DNA of 64,000 bases, taken from assembly GCA_039815185.1 (NCBI GenBank), contig JBCBZT010000008.1, positions 128,001 through 192,000 on the forward strand. The letters run 5' to 3'. The notes beneath the pieces are model-generated. The model worked only from the letters and a program-made list of their open reading frames with translations, did no database searches and was not told where the DNA came from. Below, one piece after another: positions 42,106 through 52,766 of the stretch. The translations under genes were made by a program, and so were the position numbers. The stretch is from Cyanobacteria bacterium P01_A01_bin.123 (lineage in GTDB: Bacteria > Cyanobacteriota > Cyanobacteriia > Phormidesmidales > Phormidesmidaceae). How positions within the stretch are numbered: the first letter of the stretch is position 1; every line of letters begins with the position of its first letter.

Positions 42106-42954
42106 CTACAGCGGTTGTCGATAAGCTTCATGTTCCACTTCAAACACATGGGCATAAAGATTCGCCAAAATCTGCTTTCCTTCCTGAGTCAATTGCAAAT
42201 AAGAAATTGCGTCTTCAATATAGGGATACACCGTTTTCCAGTAAAACCGGGGATAGTTGAGCCGCAAGTCTTCAGGGTTTTCATAGCCCAGTTGTTGATT
42301 GACGCCAGTTTCTTCAAACTCATAAAAGAGTGTCGGAATTTTTTGCAGATAGCGCGGATCTGAAAGCTGGCCGATCAAATTTGCAGCTCGCACTAACCCA
42401 GGAAACGTGAGCGTATCTTGATAGTTACTGTCGTAGGGTACCGGGAAACGAGTGAGTTCAATATTGTCTTGAATAAGACTGGCTTTAATCAGACCATGCC
42501 CCCCAAAGCGTTCTTTGATAAACAGCTTGCCACGATCCACATGGTAAGGGGCCAAACTGGCATCGGTAGACCCTAGCGGTAGCACAACGGTTTCTTCACC
42601 CCGGCCTGTGGCGTAGACGCGATTGAACACATAATCTTGATGGCAAACCCCTTTGACATAGCCAATGGCATGGCAACACAGCGAGATCAAAAAGTGGAGC
42701 CAGTCTTCTGAAGAGACTCCCCCTTCTCGGATATGTCGGCCTCGCAAAATCTCCTGCCCCACTAAGGTCACTAATACAGTGTGTTCGGTGTTGTGGTACA
42801 GGGCGTTACTGCTAGCAATATTTTCTAGGGCCATATTGCCAACCCAGGCAATGATATCGGCGTAGTTTGCCTTTAGGCCACCGTAGGTCGCTGCATAGCC
42901 AGCTCTGAGCTTATCAACAAAGATATCAATCAGAAGTTCATTTGTATTGATCAT
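42106..42954 (-). CDS. Npun_R2479-like HD-domain protein with degenerate metal site
   Basis: ALYHNTEHT, PYHVDRGK, LIGQLSDPRY family motifs; HD replaced by HA and RAAD by RAAN. Confidence 0.85.
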   Translation of the reverse strand: MINTNELLIDIFVDKLRAGYAATYGGLKANYADIIAWVGNMALENIASSNALYHNTEHTVLVTLVGQEILRGRHIREGGVSSEDWLHFLISLCCHAIGYVKGVCHQDYVFNRVYATGRGEETVVLPLGSTDASLAPYHVDRGKLFIKERFGGHGLIKASLIQDNIELTRFPVPYDSNYQDTLTFPGLVRAANLIGQLSDPRYLQKIPTLFYEFEETGVNQQLGYENPEDLRLNYPRFYWKTVYPYIEDAISYLQLTQEGKQILANLYAHVFEVEHEAYRQPL

Positions 42955-43054
42955 GGCAGCATGCGAGAATTTAGGAGAAATAAGGAGGCCAAAAACAGGC
43001 GTTTAGAGTTTTCAGTACCTTTGAATTTTAGGTGATGCGTCTCATCCTTATCCA

Positions 43055-44758
43055 CTAACTGGACTGGCCATTTTGGTTTTGCTTGGCCCATTGGATCAGC
43101 ATCGTTTTTAATTCAGATGGGAGCTCCACGGGCAGGGTACCGCTACGCACGTGCAAATCACGCTGGGGAAAGGGAATTTCGATATCATGCTCACTCAACC
43201 TGGCCTCGATCATAAAGTAAAGATCGCTGCGGATGATCAGCTGTTTACCCGGTTCTGCAATCCATACCAACAGTTGAAAATCTAAGGAACTGTCGCCAAA
43301 ACCCGAGAATAAGACTAAAGGGGATGGTGTAGACAATACTTTGGCATGCTTGCGTCCTGCTTCTAGCAAAACCTTGCGCACTTGGTCTGGATCAGAACCG
43401 TAGGCTACGCCCACCGGGATGCGAATCCGCGAGATCGGATTACGATGGCTCCAGTTAATGACTTCCTGATCTAAGAACCGGGAGTTGGGCACGATAATCG
43501 AAACTTGATCGAGGGTTCTGATTTCAGTACTGCGGGGACCAATCCGTTCGACCGTACCCATAAATTCACCGAATTCAACAAACTCACCCACCTGAATCGG
43601 ACGCTCAAATATCAGCACCAAGCCGCTACCAAAGTCACGGGCAATGTTTTGCAACCCTAAACCAATCCCAACACTGAGAGCACTGGCAAGCAATGCGAGC
43701 GAACTCAGGTCGAGGCCCCAAATCTGCAAGATCACCACAGTGCCGATGGAAATCAGGCTGTAGCGGATCATAACCGCGACCGCTTCTTGGGCACCGCGAT
43801 TGATCCCGGCAATGGTGAGAAAGCGCGATCGCAGCAGGTTAGTTATCGTGCTGGTCAGCAGAATCAACGCGATAATCAAGGCCACCAATACCAGCAGATC
43901 CAGGACAGAAAACGAGCGATCGCCCAAGGAGAAATTGCTGGCGACAAAAGTATTCAGCAGGGCATTGCCAATCACATAACCCCACTGCCGCGTCAGCGGG
44001 AAGAGATTGACAACATAGAAAACGGCACTGCCCCACAAGACGAGTCGAGCGATCAACAGACTGCCCGCCAGCAATAGCTTAAATTCGGTGGGCATCGCCT
44101 CATCAGAGGCTGGATCAGACAGGGTAAGACGGCGCAGCAATCGCCGAAAATAACGACGCCAAAGCAAATTGAGAAAGCTATGCAGGGCGATCGCACAAGC
44201 CAACACCACCACAGCAATAATGATGGCTCGCCGCAAAAACTCTGGACGACGCTCTTGCCTGGCACGGGTAATGGCCTGACGCAGTTTCACCAACCACGCG
44301 TTTGCCAACGAGCGTAGATTCAGGTCGGGATTGTCTAAAGCCACATCACTAGAGGCTTTGAGATCCTGTAGGGTGATGCTAACGAGTTGGACACCATCGA
44401 GCTCAATGACGGGCGTCTTACCGACAGACTTCAAATCCAATTTGGGTGGCGTTTCTGCATCTACCGCTGCGTTGATCAATGAGTTGATGTCATCGGCTCG
44501 TTCATTGGCCGTTAACCCATCCGTTTCTGCCACGGCAAATAAGGTACGCCCGTCTAGCACAACGGACGCTGTCTCAGGCGTTACCTGGGCAAAACCCGGC
44601 AAGGGCATGCTACCGAATAGGGCGATCGCTAGTGCAAATCCCACCCAGGTCCACCCCAGACGCTGCCACCGGAATCTGCCAAAGGGCAATGGGCTTCGTT
44701 CTAACCACTGCCAAGGAAATCGGATCATCGGAGGGCATTTCAATGGCCTGACCTGCAT
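43055..44758 (-). CDS. MscS-family mechanosensitive channel with periplasmic N-domain
   Basis: GIGLGLQN..., FERPIQVGE, IVPNS, GVAYGSD, FGDSSLDF, IPFPQRDLH; start moved so it does not overlap the VTT gene. Confidence 0.9.
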   Translation of the reverse strand: MQVRPLKCPPMIRFPWQWLERSPLPFGRFRWQRLGWTWVGFALAIALFGSMPLPGFAQVTPETASVVLDGRTLFAVAETDGLTANERADDINSLINAAVDAETPPKLDLKSVGKTPVIELDGVQLVSITLQDLKASSDVALDNPDLNLRSLANAWLVKLRQAITRARQERRPEFLRRAIIIAVVVLACAIALHSFLNLLWRRYFRRLLRRLTLSDPASDEAMPTEFKLLLAGSLLIARLVLWGSAVFYVVNLFPLTRQWGYVIGNALLNTFVASNFSLGDRSFSVLDLLVLVALIIALILLTSTITNLLRSRFLTIAGINRGAQEAVAVMIRYSLISIGTVVILQIWGLDLSSLALLASALSVGIGLGLQNIARDFGSGLVLIFERPIQVGEFVEFGEFMGTVERIGPRSTEIRTLDQVSIIVPNSRFLDQEVINWSHRNPISRIRIPVGVAYGSDPDQVRKVLLEAGRKHAKVLSTPSPLVLFSGFGDSSLDFQLLVWIAEPGKQLIIRSDLYFMIEARLSEHDIEIPFPQRDLHVRSGTLPVELPSELKTMLIQWAKQNQNGQSS

Positions 44759-44775
44759 CGCTTCCGCTAAGGATT

Positions 44776-45453
44776 CTAACCAGTTTTGAACCGGGCCAAC
44801 AGCGGCAGCAATGAAAGGATGACTAATAACCCCATGGCTGCAACAAACGCCATGTAGCCTTCTCCCATCAGGACTTGGGCACCCGTTACCCCCAACCAGG
44901 TGTAAGCAAAGGTGCCCGGAATAATGCCTAGGAAAGTACCAACGCTGTAGGATCGCAGGGGTATTGACGTCAGCCCAAACAGAAAGTTCACCAGGTTGAA
45001 GGGAGAAATCGGCACAAACCGAACCGCCAAGACACAGCGTAACGCTTGACAAGCTAGCAGTTGATTCAGGCGTTTGAAGATTGGGTGGTGGTTAAAGCGC
45101 CGTAAAAACCAATCCCGTAGGAGGTAGCGGGCAATACTAAAAGCCGCGATCGCGCCCAAAGTCGCTCCAATGACTGACCAAAGCGTCCCCCAAGCGACCC
45201 CAAACACAGCCCCCCCAGCAACCACTAACACAGTCCCTGGAACACCGCAGGCAGTGGCCAGAATGTGGGCTGCAATGAAGACAAAACAGGCCCAAGGGCC
45301 CAAGCCCCGCAGGGTCATGATCCACTGATTGTGATCGGTAAGCCACTGAAAGGCGGGTTGGCCCCAGTAGGCCAAGATAATCCCCAGACCCAACAGCAGC
45401 CAGAACCGCCTTTTCTTAAACACGTTTCTCAATGCTTTTACCCATGGTTTCAT
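44776..45453 (-). CDS. TVP38/TMEM64 (DedA/VTT) membrane protein
   Basis: PG..L..AGG.VFG, RFVPISPFNLVN, GIIPGT. Confidence 0.9.
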   Translation of the reverse strand: MKPWVKALRNVFKKRRFWLLLGLGIILAYWGQPAFQWLTDHNQWIMTLRGLGPWACFVFIAAHILATACGVPGTVLVVAGGAVFGVAWGTLWSVIGATLGAIAAFSIARYLLRDWFLRRFNHHPIFKRLNQLLACQALRCVLAVRFVPISPFNLVNFLFGLTSIPLRSYSVGTFLGIIPGTFAYTWLGVTGAQVLMGEGYMAFVAAMGLLVILSLLPLLARFKTG

Positions 45454-45568
45454 GCAGTTAAACCTTGGTCACATCCAGAGCCTTAGCTGTCTTGAGCTAA
45501 ACGTTCCAGCGTTTCCCTATGCGCTAAAAACTCAGGATTTCAAATCGGATAGGATTTAGCGTGATCGA

Positions 45569-46351
45569 TTAGCTCTCCGAAACGACTTCAGCATCAGCCG
45601 TATCCGGCACTGCTTCTTTGAGGGCTTTGCGAGCCACACGGGTGACATAAACCGTGACCGCTACCGTCGCAACGAAACCAATAATCCGGATAGCCCAGGT
45701 AATGGTGGGATTTGAAGGTGCATCACCCGCTCCCAGCGTCGCTAAGTTGCCTGCGAGGGAACCTAGATACACATACATGATGGTGCCGGGAAGAATACCG
45801 GTCGTTCCCAACACATAATCTTTCAGGGAAACTTGAGTGAGGCCGAGGGCATAGTTGAGTAAATTGAAGGGGAACGCAGGAGAAAGGCGAATCAAAAAGA
45901 TGATTTTGCGTCCCTCATGGGCGATCGCTTCATCAATGGCTTTGAATTTCTCATTGCCGGCGATTTTATTTGCGACCCAGTCGCGGGCAACATAACGTCC
46001 GACCAGGAAAGCGGCAGTTGCTCCGAGCATCGCGCCGACAAACACAAACATAGAACCTTTAACGACGCCAAACACGACGCCTGCCCCCAACGTCACCACT
46101 GAAGCCGGGACAAAGGCAACGGTAATTACGATATAGAGCAAGATAAAAACTAATGGCGCGATCGCGCCGAGGTTATCAATCCAGGTTAAGGCTTCAGCTA
46201 ACTTAGCCTGAGGCGAAAATCCACCTGCGGCTTCTTGGGCTAGAGCTGGGGCAGCCGGAAACAAAATGGCAGCAGTGACCATAAGTAAAGTCAGCTGCAC
46301 CCATCGGGCACTTAGCGGCGGCGGGGTGAATGATTTAAGCAAGGGAATCAT
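45569..46351 (-). CDS. TVP38/TMEM64 (DedA/VTT) membrane protein
   Basis: PASVVTLGAGVVFG, RLSPAFPFNLLNY, PGT.MYVYLG. Confidence 0.92.
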   Translation of the reverse strand: MIPLLKSFTPPPLSARWVQLTLLMVTAAILFPAAPALAQEAAGGFSPQAKLAEALTWIDNLGAIAPLVFILLYIVITVAFVPASVVTLGAGVVFGVVKGSMFVFVGAMLGATAAFLVGRYVARDWVANKIAGNEKFKAIDEAIAHEGRKIIFLIRLSPAFPFNLLNYALGLTQVSLKDYVLGTTGILPGTIMYVYLGSLAGNLATLGAGDAPSNPTITWAIRIIGFVATVAVTVYVTRVARKALKEAVPDTADAEVVSES

Positions 46352-46420
46352 GGTGCATCGTGGATAGGGTTTACAACGGAATCGAGGCTATCATCAACGC
46401 TTTTTATTAAAGGCATTCCG

Positions 46421-46527
46421 TCTGAATTTTTCCTGAGAGTGCACCGCCAATTCCCTTAAACTTCAGCACTGCTGGTATGGGTGGATCATTCAGGGAACTG
46501 AGAACAAAATATCAGGGTATTCTCAGG
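46421..46527. promoter_or_regulatory. phased TCAG(G) direct repeats, candidate OmpR-family binding sites
   Basis: TCAGG at 46490, 46512 and 46523 (+, multiples of 11 bp); CTCAGG-N5-TTCAGA on - at 46421-46437. Confidence 0.45.
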
Positions 46528-46566
46528 TTTAGTTGTTAAATTCTAGACAAGCTTTGTTCCTACTAT

Positions 46567-48027
46567 TTGGCCTGTCCGTTGGTTAATCGTTTGTTCACTG
46601 CAATTCGTCGCCATGTTGCGGCCATTGGTTCACCAGATCTGGGATCAATTCAGTCTCGATTGACCCTGGGTGTTGTGCTCCTCTCAATTGTTGGCATTGG
46701 GGGTACGAGCTTCTGGATGAGCTGGCGAATGCAGCAGATTTTGCTGGACGGGCCCAAGCGTAATGCTTGGGATGTGACCGAGCGGTTTACAGATGATGTG
46801 ATCATCTATCAAGAGATGATGACCACCCCAGAAGCAGTGCAAAAAGTGATTGAGCACCGCTCCACTGGGGATCTCGTGCTGTGGATACGGGATCCCAGCA
46901 GCGATATGGTGGCTCAGTCTGAAGCCCTAGAGATGGAGAGCTGGCAGTCCACTAACATTCTCGATACCCTACTCTCTCGACAGACAAATGCCCGGGTAGA
47001 GATTGTCGTCATTCAAAATCATCATTTTGTGGTGTGTGCCACCCCAGTGAGCGTTAATAATGAGGCCCTAGGAACGCTCTATGTGGCCCAAGATATTACC
47101 CAAGCCCAACGCAGCTTTACCCAGGTTAACCGCAGCCTAACCCTAGTGAATGGGGGTGTCTTAATCGCGATCGCGATCGCCCTGAGCCTCTATATCCGCC
47201 GTGCCCTGAGCCCGATTCGGCAAATCAATCATCTGGCAACTGAAGTGTCTGCAGACACCCTGGGTGATGCTCACCTGAAGCTCGATCGGGCCCCCACCGA
47301 AGTCCAAGAATTGGCCCAAAGTCTTGACATGATGCTGTTACGCTTGGCCGAGGCTTGGGAATACCAGCGCCGTTTTGTCAATGATGTCTCCCACGAGCTG
47401 CGAACCCCCCTGAGCTTGATCAACGGCTATCTGCAAAGTACCCTACGCCGCTGCCAAACCCTGACCGATATGCAGCGTGAAGGACTAGAAATTGCTCATG
47501 CAGAAACCGAACGTACGATTCGCCTGCTGCAAGATTTGCTCGATTTGGCCCGGGCAGACAGCGGTTCCCTGCGATTTAATCTAGAGCGTATCGACCCCAA
47601 AATCCTGGTGCAAGAAGTGATTGAGATGGCCGAATATGGTAAAGCCGCGATCGCAGCAGACCTAAAACCCACGGCTAAAATCCGCATTGATCGCCATCGC
47701 CTCAAGCAGGTCTTGATCAACCTGATCGACAATGCCCTGAAATATTCTGAAACCAACAAACCGATCCGCGTTATCCTAAGCCAACCTGAAACTGAGATCA
47801 GCCTACAGGTGATTGATTACGGTCGTGGTATTCCCTTAGGCGATCAAACCGCTATCTTTGAACCCTTTTATCGAGTCGACGAAGACCGCTCCCGCAAAAC
47901 GGGAGGAACCGGATTAGGACTGCCAATTGTTAAACGGTTGGTTGAGAGTATGGGTGGAACAGTTAAAGTAAAGTCAAACCCTGGTGAAGGCAGCACCTTT
48001 ATCCTCAGTTTTCCAGCCTGCCTGTAA
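46567..48027 (+). CDS. HAMP sensor histidine kinase
   Basis: two TMs, HAMP, SHELRTPL, NLIDNALKY, DYGRGI, GGTGLGL; TTG start uncertain. Confidence 0.93.
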   Translation: MACPLVNRLFTAIRRHVAAIGSPDLGSIQSRLTLGVVLLSIVGIGGTSFWMSWRMQQILLDGPKRNAWDVTERFTDDVIIYQEMMTTPEAVQKVIEHRSTGDLVLWIRDPSSDMVAQSEALEMESWQSTNILDTLLSRQTNARVEIVVIQNHHFVVCATPVSVNNEALGTLYVAQDITQAQRSFTQVNRSLTLVNGGVLIAIAIALSLYIRRALSPIRQINHLATEVSADTLGDAHLKLDRAPTEVQELAQSLDMMLLRLAEAWEYQRRFVNDVSHELRTPLSLINGYLQSTLRRCQTLTDMQREGLEIAHAETERTIRLLQDLLDLARADSGSLRFNLERIDPKILVQEVIEMAEYGKAAIAADLKPTAKIRIDRHRLKQVLINLIDNALKYSETNKPIRVILSQPETEISLQVIDYGRGIPLGDQTAIFEPFYRVDEDRSRKTGGTGLGLPIVKRLVESMGGTVKVKSNPGEGSTFILSFPACL

Positions 48028-48102
48028 GTACGGTTACCCCTGAAACACCCCTCGATATCCTATTAAACGACCCCTATCAAACTGCCAAGGAGACTTTGCC
48101 CC

Positions 48103-48777
48103 ATGAGTGCCACCATCTTACTGGTCGAAGATGAAGATAAGCTGGCCAAATTTGTGCAAATGGAGCTGAGCTATGAGGGCTACGACGTCAAAGTGGCCAA
48201 TGATGGGTTAGCAGGGTTAATGACCGCTCGCGACGTAGAACCCGACTTAGTCATTCTCGATTGGATGATGCCGGGAATGTCAGGGGTTGAGGTCTGTCGG
48301 CGGCTGCGCAGCACCGGCAGCAAAGTCCCCGTAATTTTGCTCACCGCTAAAGACGGTGTGCAAGACCGAGTAGAGGGGTTAGACGCCGGGGCAGATGATT
48401 ACGTGGTCAAACCCTTCAGCATTGAAGAGCTGCTTGCCCGGGTTCGCGCCCATCTCAGACGTAATCAACCCAGCGAAAACGAGTCCCTACAGTTTGATGA
48501 TCTCAGCCTCAACCGCAAAACCCGAGAAGTGTTTCGCGGCGATCGCGCCATTGAGCTAACCGCCAAAGAATTTGACCTGCTCGATTACCTACTCGACCAT
48601 CCCCGCCAGGTGATTACCCGCGATCGCATCTTAGAAGAAGTCTGGGGCTATGACTTCATGGGCGACTCAAACATCATCGAAGTCTACATTCGCTACCTCC
48701 GCCTCAAACTCGAAGCCGAGGGTGAAAAGCGGCTGATTCAAACCGTTCGCGGCGTAGGTTACGTGCTTAGGGATTAA
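48103..48777 (+). CDS. OmpR-family response regulator
   Basis: [21 protein letters not shown], winged-helix IQTVRGVGY. Confidence 0.95.
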   Translation: MSATILLVEDEDKLAKFVQMELSYEGYDVKVANDGLAGLMTARDVEPDLVILDWMMPGMSGVEVCRRLRSTGSKVPVILLTAKDGVQDRVEGLDAGADDYVVKPFSIEELLARVRAHLRRNQPSENESLQFDDLSLNRKTREVFRGDRAIELTAKEFDLLDYLLDHPRQVITRDRILEEVWGYDFMGDSNIIEVYIRYLRLKLEAEGEKRLIQTVRGVGYVLRD

Positions 48778-48829
48778 TCGCGCAGAGACTTGCTAGGATC
48801 AAAACGGAGATCACCCAAGAGATAATCCC

Positions 48830-49033
48830 GTGGAAATCAACTGCGCTAAAGATTGCATCAATGGTTGCATGTTAGGGGACGATTGCCCCAACAAAGAATA
48901 CACCAGCCAAGCTTCTAAATTTATTGAAGAAACATCCCTCGATCAAATGCTCGATATGGCAGATGCTGCCGTCCGCAAGAAAATGATGCAGCGGGCGATG
49001 GAACCCCCCAAGTGGGTTTTCCCCGAAGATTAA
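48830..49033 (+). CDS. small Cys-rich hypothetical protein
   Basis: C-x3-C-x3-C-x5-C N-terminus; GTG start. Confidence 0.7.
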   Translation: MEINCAKDCINGCMLGDDCPNKEYTSQASKFIEETSLDQMLDMADAAVRKKMMQRAMEPPKWVFPED

Positions 49034-49833
49034 TTTGGCAACGCCTCCAGCGCCGCCTGGGCGGACGACCAGCGGTATTCCAAACTGGGGGAAAGCATTT
49101 GTTTCAACCAATTGGCAAATTCGGGACTGAGCGCGATTGCAGATTCAAAGTTTATTCTGAAGCTGTCGGTTTGTAGCTCCGCAGGGGATTTGCCGGTCAT
49201 CGCATGAACCAGAGTGGCCCCTAAACTATAGAGATCTGATACGGCTAGGGCACGGCCACTGGCTTGCTCTGGCGGCATGTAACCATTCACTCCGATCATG
49301 GTTAAGGCGGTACTGGTCGTGCCCAGCGATCGCACTGAGCCAAAATCCACCAAATGAACCTTGGGTTGATTGCTGCCCTCAACGGGTTCTAGCAGTAAAT
49401 TGCTGGGGCGAATGTCGCGGTGAACAATGGGGGGGTCGTTTTGGTGTAGGTGGGAGAGAATTTCAAGTGCCTTGCGCACGATATAGTTAGCTTCTACTTC
49501 ATTAAACAACCGTTGTCGCGCCACATAGGCTGCTAGGGACGTACCTTCGATATAGCTTTCAACCAGCGCTAGGGCTTTACCGTCTCGGGGCATATCGATT
49601 TCAAAATAGTCCAGATATCGCGAAGTAGTCGGGTGGTTTAGCAGTTTCAGCGCATCGACTTCTCGCTTAAACAGCTTTAAATCGGTTGCTTGCAGGTCGT
49701 CATCAATGAACAGTAATTTAACCACGACCAAAACATCATCGGTCAAGTCGCGAGCCAGCAACGTCCAACGCCCTGAGGTTCGTCCCAGTTGCCGCTCCAC
49801 TTCGTACCGATTACCCAATATCTGACCTGACAT
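49030..49833 (-). CDS. Ser/Thr protein kinase, catalytic domain only
   Basis: VVVK, HRDIRPSN, DFG, GYMPPEQ, SDLYSLG. Confidence 0.9.
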   Translation of the reverse strand: MSGQILGNRYEVERQLGRTSGRWTLLARDLTDDVLVVVKLLFIDDDLQATDLKLFKREVDALKLLNHPTTSRYLDYFEIDMPRDGKALALVESYIEGTSLAAYVARQRLFNEVEANYIVRKALEILSHLHQNDPPIVHRDIRPSNLLLEPVEGSNQPKVHLVDFGSVRSLGTTSTALTMIGVNGYMPPEQASGRALAVSDLYSLGATLVHAMTGKSPAELQTDSFRINFESAIALSPEFANWLKQMLSPSLEYRWSSAQAALEALPN

Positions 49834-50217
49834 CGCTCTAAAGGTTCACTCCTATACCTAGGCTACGTCCAGACCCGTCGTTTTCCCCTGAGATGAAAAT
49901 CTAGTTTTCAAATCGGATCTGATTGAGCTTGAAGGGCTTGCCCTTGAACTATAAGCTGAGCTCAGGTACAGTTGCCCTTTGCATTCTGGTTTTAGCATAA
50001 ACCTGGTTCAAGTTCAGACATCAACCGCTTCCACATCCAGAGCTGGAGTTTTGCTTGGGGAAAACTCTGCATTGTGAGCTGCACGGGGTTTGGCGGGTTT
50101 CCTTTGAAGAAATCCTCTGGGCCCGCACTGGTAGGGGCACTAATCTAAGAAAATTTAGGTGAATTTAATCTACACGCCGAAACACAGGCTTTTATTAAGA
50201 AAAGTTAGCTTAAATCG

Positions 50218-51675
50218 ATGCAACTAAAGGCCGTCCTCCGCAAAGCTCGCCAGTGGTTCTTTAAAACCCCTGAAAGAGCCCTTGATCAAGCCTATGAAGC
50301 CGCCTTGATGATCCAGACCATTGAGCGTGACTATTTTGGTGGCAACCCCATCGGCAGCGCCTATGGCAACTATGGGCAAAGTGCTCAAGCTTACTTTCGC
50401 GGCGAACTGCAAAAGTATCTGAATGTCATCAAACTCAGGATGAGGGAATTTAAGGCTAGCAGCTCCGTCTTGCGGGTGTCTGATCCCAAAATTATGGAAA
50501 TCCAGGTGACAGATGCGTCGAGCAATGATTTCACCGTCGATGTGATCGATAAACCTGCCATCTTTTTCAGAAAGTTGCGCTTCGTTGATGAGGTAGTGGC
50601 CCGCTACGAACGCGCGGCTGAACAAGCTGCCGCACTGGTAACCGTTCAGGAGCAATCACAAAATGGGCGTCCCCGAGAAGGGCGCAACGGTCGCCGGAAT
50701 AACGATACCCCCGCTGACAATTTAGCCCTACCCGCAGGAGACTACCGCCAGCCGCGATCGCAGCCTGTTGTCACCCCTGCAAATCGGGGTGCAGGCGCGC
50801 AAAATGACAATCGGATCGCGTCTTCACAGGAAAATCGTGCTCAGAAAAACGGCTCAAAAGGGGTTGGCGAAGGCTTGTCAAACCGTGCCAGCTTTTTGCC
50901 GCGATCGATTTTAAGAACCGTCGATCGCATTCGCCAAGAGCTCAACCCCCAAGCAGAAATCGAAGTCGTCAGAAATTTTCGCAGTTCCAAGGTTAAAACC
51001 ACCGTTGCCCTCAAATTTGTGCTGCTGCTGATCATCGTGCCGTTGTTGACCCAGCAGTTCAGCAAAAATTTCATCGTTGGGCCAACGATTGACTGGTTGC
51101 GGGGTGAAACCCAGGCTGAAGCATTCCTCAACATTGAAATGGAGGAGGATGCCCTACACGAACTGGCTCGATTTGAAGAACGACTGCGGTTTGAAGTGCT
51201 GATTGGCAAAGCCCCCCCGCTACCTGAAGATGAAATTGAAGCCTCCGTTCGTGACAAAGCCACCGAAATTGAAGAAGAATACCGTCACCTCAGTGCCGAC
51301 GCGGTTAAGAATGTGTTTGCCGATATCTTTGCTGCGATCGCTTTTGGTGTGCTACTCACGCTCAGCCGACGGGAAGTGGCCATGCTCAAAGCTTTTATCG
51401 ATGAGATTGTCTACGGTCTCAGCGACAGTGCAAAAGCCTTTATCATCATTTTGTTTACAGATACGTTTGTCGGGTTTCACTCTCCCCACGGCTGGGAAAT
51501 CTTGCTGGAGGGTCTATCACGCCACTTCGGTCTACCCGCCAACCGCGACTTTATCTTCCTATTTATTGCCACCTTTCCCGTGATCCTCGACACGGTATTC
51601 AAATATTGGATTTTCCGCTATCTCAACCGAATTTCACCCTCAGCTGTGGCAACTTACAAAAACATGAATGAATAA
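50218..51675 (+). CDS. pxcA: proton extrusion protein PxcA (CemA family)
   Basis: TPERALDQAY N-terminus; LSDSAKAF, FVGFHSPHGWE, FIATFPVILDT. Confidence 0.93.
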   Translation: MQLKAVLRKARQWFFKTPERALDQAYEAALMIQTIERDYFGGNPIGSAYGNYGQSAQAYFRGELQKYLNVIKLRMREFKASSSVLRVSDPKIMEIQVTDASSNDFTVDVIDKPAIFFRKLRFVDEVVARYERAAEQAAALVTVQEQSQNGRPREGRNGRRNNDTPADNLALPAGDYRQPRSQPVVTPANRGAGAQNDNRIASSQENRAQKNGSKGVGEGLSNRASFLPRSILRTVDRIRQELNPQAEIEVVRNFRSSKVKTTVALKFVLLLIIVPLLTQQFSKNFIVGPTIDWLRGETQAEAFLNIEMEEDALHELARFEERLRFEVLIGKAPPLPEDEIEASVRDKATEIEEEYRHLSADAVKNVFADIFAAIAFGVLLTLSRREVAMLKAFIDEIVYGLSDSAKAFIIILFTDTFVGFHSPHGWEILLEGLSRHFGLPANRDFIFLFIATFPVILDTVFKYWIFRYLNRISPSAVATYKNMNE

Positions 51676-51681
51676 ATCGTT

Positions 51682-51972
51682 TTAGCTATCTCCTAAAATC
51701 TTAGGCACCTTAAAGAAATCTTCCTCCCGCTCTGGAGCCGCTTCTAGCAATCCTTCACGATTTTCAAAAGATTCTAAACAGTCTGTGCGCGTCACGTTTT
51801 TCACGTCGATGGCCCGCGTTGTAGGCTCAACATTGTCTGTGTTGAGTTCGCTTAGCTGCTCGAAGTAGTCCAAAATATCGCCGAGTTGCCCCGTGAACTG
51901 CTCTTCTTCTTCTGGGGTCAACTCTAGTCGGGCTAGGTGAGCAACTTTCCGCACTTGATCGGCGTCAATCAT
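51682..51972 (-). CDS. gatC: Asp/Glu-tRNA amidotransferase subunit C
   Basis: [22 protein letters not shown]. Confidence 0.95.
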   Translation of the reverse strand: MIDADQVRKVAHLARLELTPEEEEQFTGQLGDILDYFEQLSELNTDNVEPTTRAIDVKNVTRTDCLESFENREGLLEAAPEREEDFFKVPKILGDS

Positions 51973-52001
51973 AGGTCTTCAAATCAGGTCACACAACTGG
52001 T

Positions 52002-52523
52002 CTAAAAGAACACATCAGCCTTCATTCGCCCGGTATTTTTCAACCAATTTTGGGCTTCGATGTAGTTGTTGGGTGCGATGCGGATGGCTTCGAGCCAGTA
52101 CTGGGCCGCTTCATCATACATGGCATCAGCAGTTTGCTTATCGCGCTTAGCCTCGGCTTGCTCACCCTTATAGTGATAGATCACGGCCATGTTATTGAGC
52201 GCCTGACACATGCGAGGATTCAGGTCAAGGGATTCGCGGTAGCGCTCTAAGGCTTTTTCATGTTCACCGTTGCTGGCATGAATCAAGCCCATATTGTAAA
52301 GAATAAAGCTGCGATCGTAGGGATCTTCCTCTAGGGTGAGGGCTTCCTCATAGTTTTCCATGGCTTCGGCATATTCGCCATCGGCTTGGGCCGACATGCC
52401 GTCGCGATAGTAGGCAAAGGCTTCTTTGGCCTGTTGCTTAGCGGGCAGCACCTTAAGAATCAAGTCTGCCATGACGGTAAAAGACTTATCGATAAAGTTG
52501 TCGTTGCGCTGGGTTCTGGGCAT
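52002..52523 (-). CDS. ycf3: photosystem I assembly protein Ycf3
   Basis: [34 protein letters not shown]. Confidence 0.97.
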   Translation of the reverse strand: MPRTQRNDNFIDKSFTVMADLILKVLPAKQQAKEAFAYYRDGMSAQADGEYAEAMENYEEALTLEEDPYDRSFILYNMGLIHASNGEHEKALERYRESLDLNPRMCQALNNMAVIYHYKGEQAEAKRDKQTADAMYDEAAQYWLEAIRIAPNNYIEAQNWLKNTGRMKADVFF

Positions 52524-52644
52524 AAAAGACCTCGGCAATAGCAGCGATCAAAACTGCATATCAAATACGCTCCCCTCACTTTAGCGCTGGTGCGGTCACA
52601 GGGGCTACTCGCTTGCAGCAAAAGTTATCCGCCAGCACCTGCCG

Positions 52645-52766
52645 ATTTTAGATTTGCGATTTTGGATTTTGGATCATCGGCAATCCACTCGTACCGCCCT
52701 CCTCCCCATCGCCCCGTCCCTCCATCTCCCCATCCCCCCATCTCCTCATCCCCCCGTCCCTCCATC
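52645..52766. repeat. short tandem repeats: GATTTTG-like heptamers, then 8x NCYYCRTC octamers
   Basis: gattttagatttgcgattttggattttgga; octamers at 52703-52766. Confidence 0.8.

Noticed and set aside
44759..45052. Long N-terminal extension of MscS
   Set aside because: Out-of-frame overlap with the VTT gene; no MscS-like character
50040..50140. Hairpin-rich region upstream of pxcA as a riboswitch
   Set aside because: Stems exist, but I recognise no conserved aptamer motif
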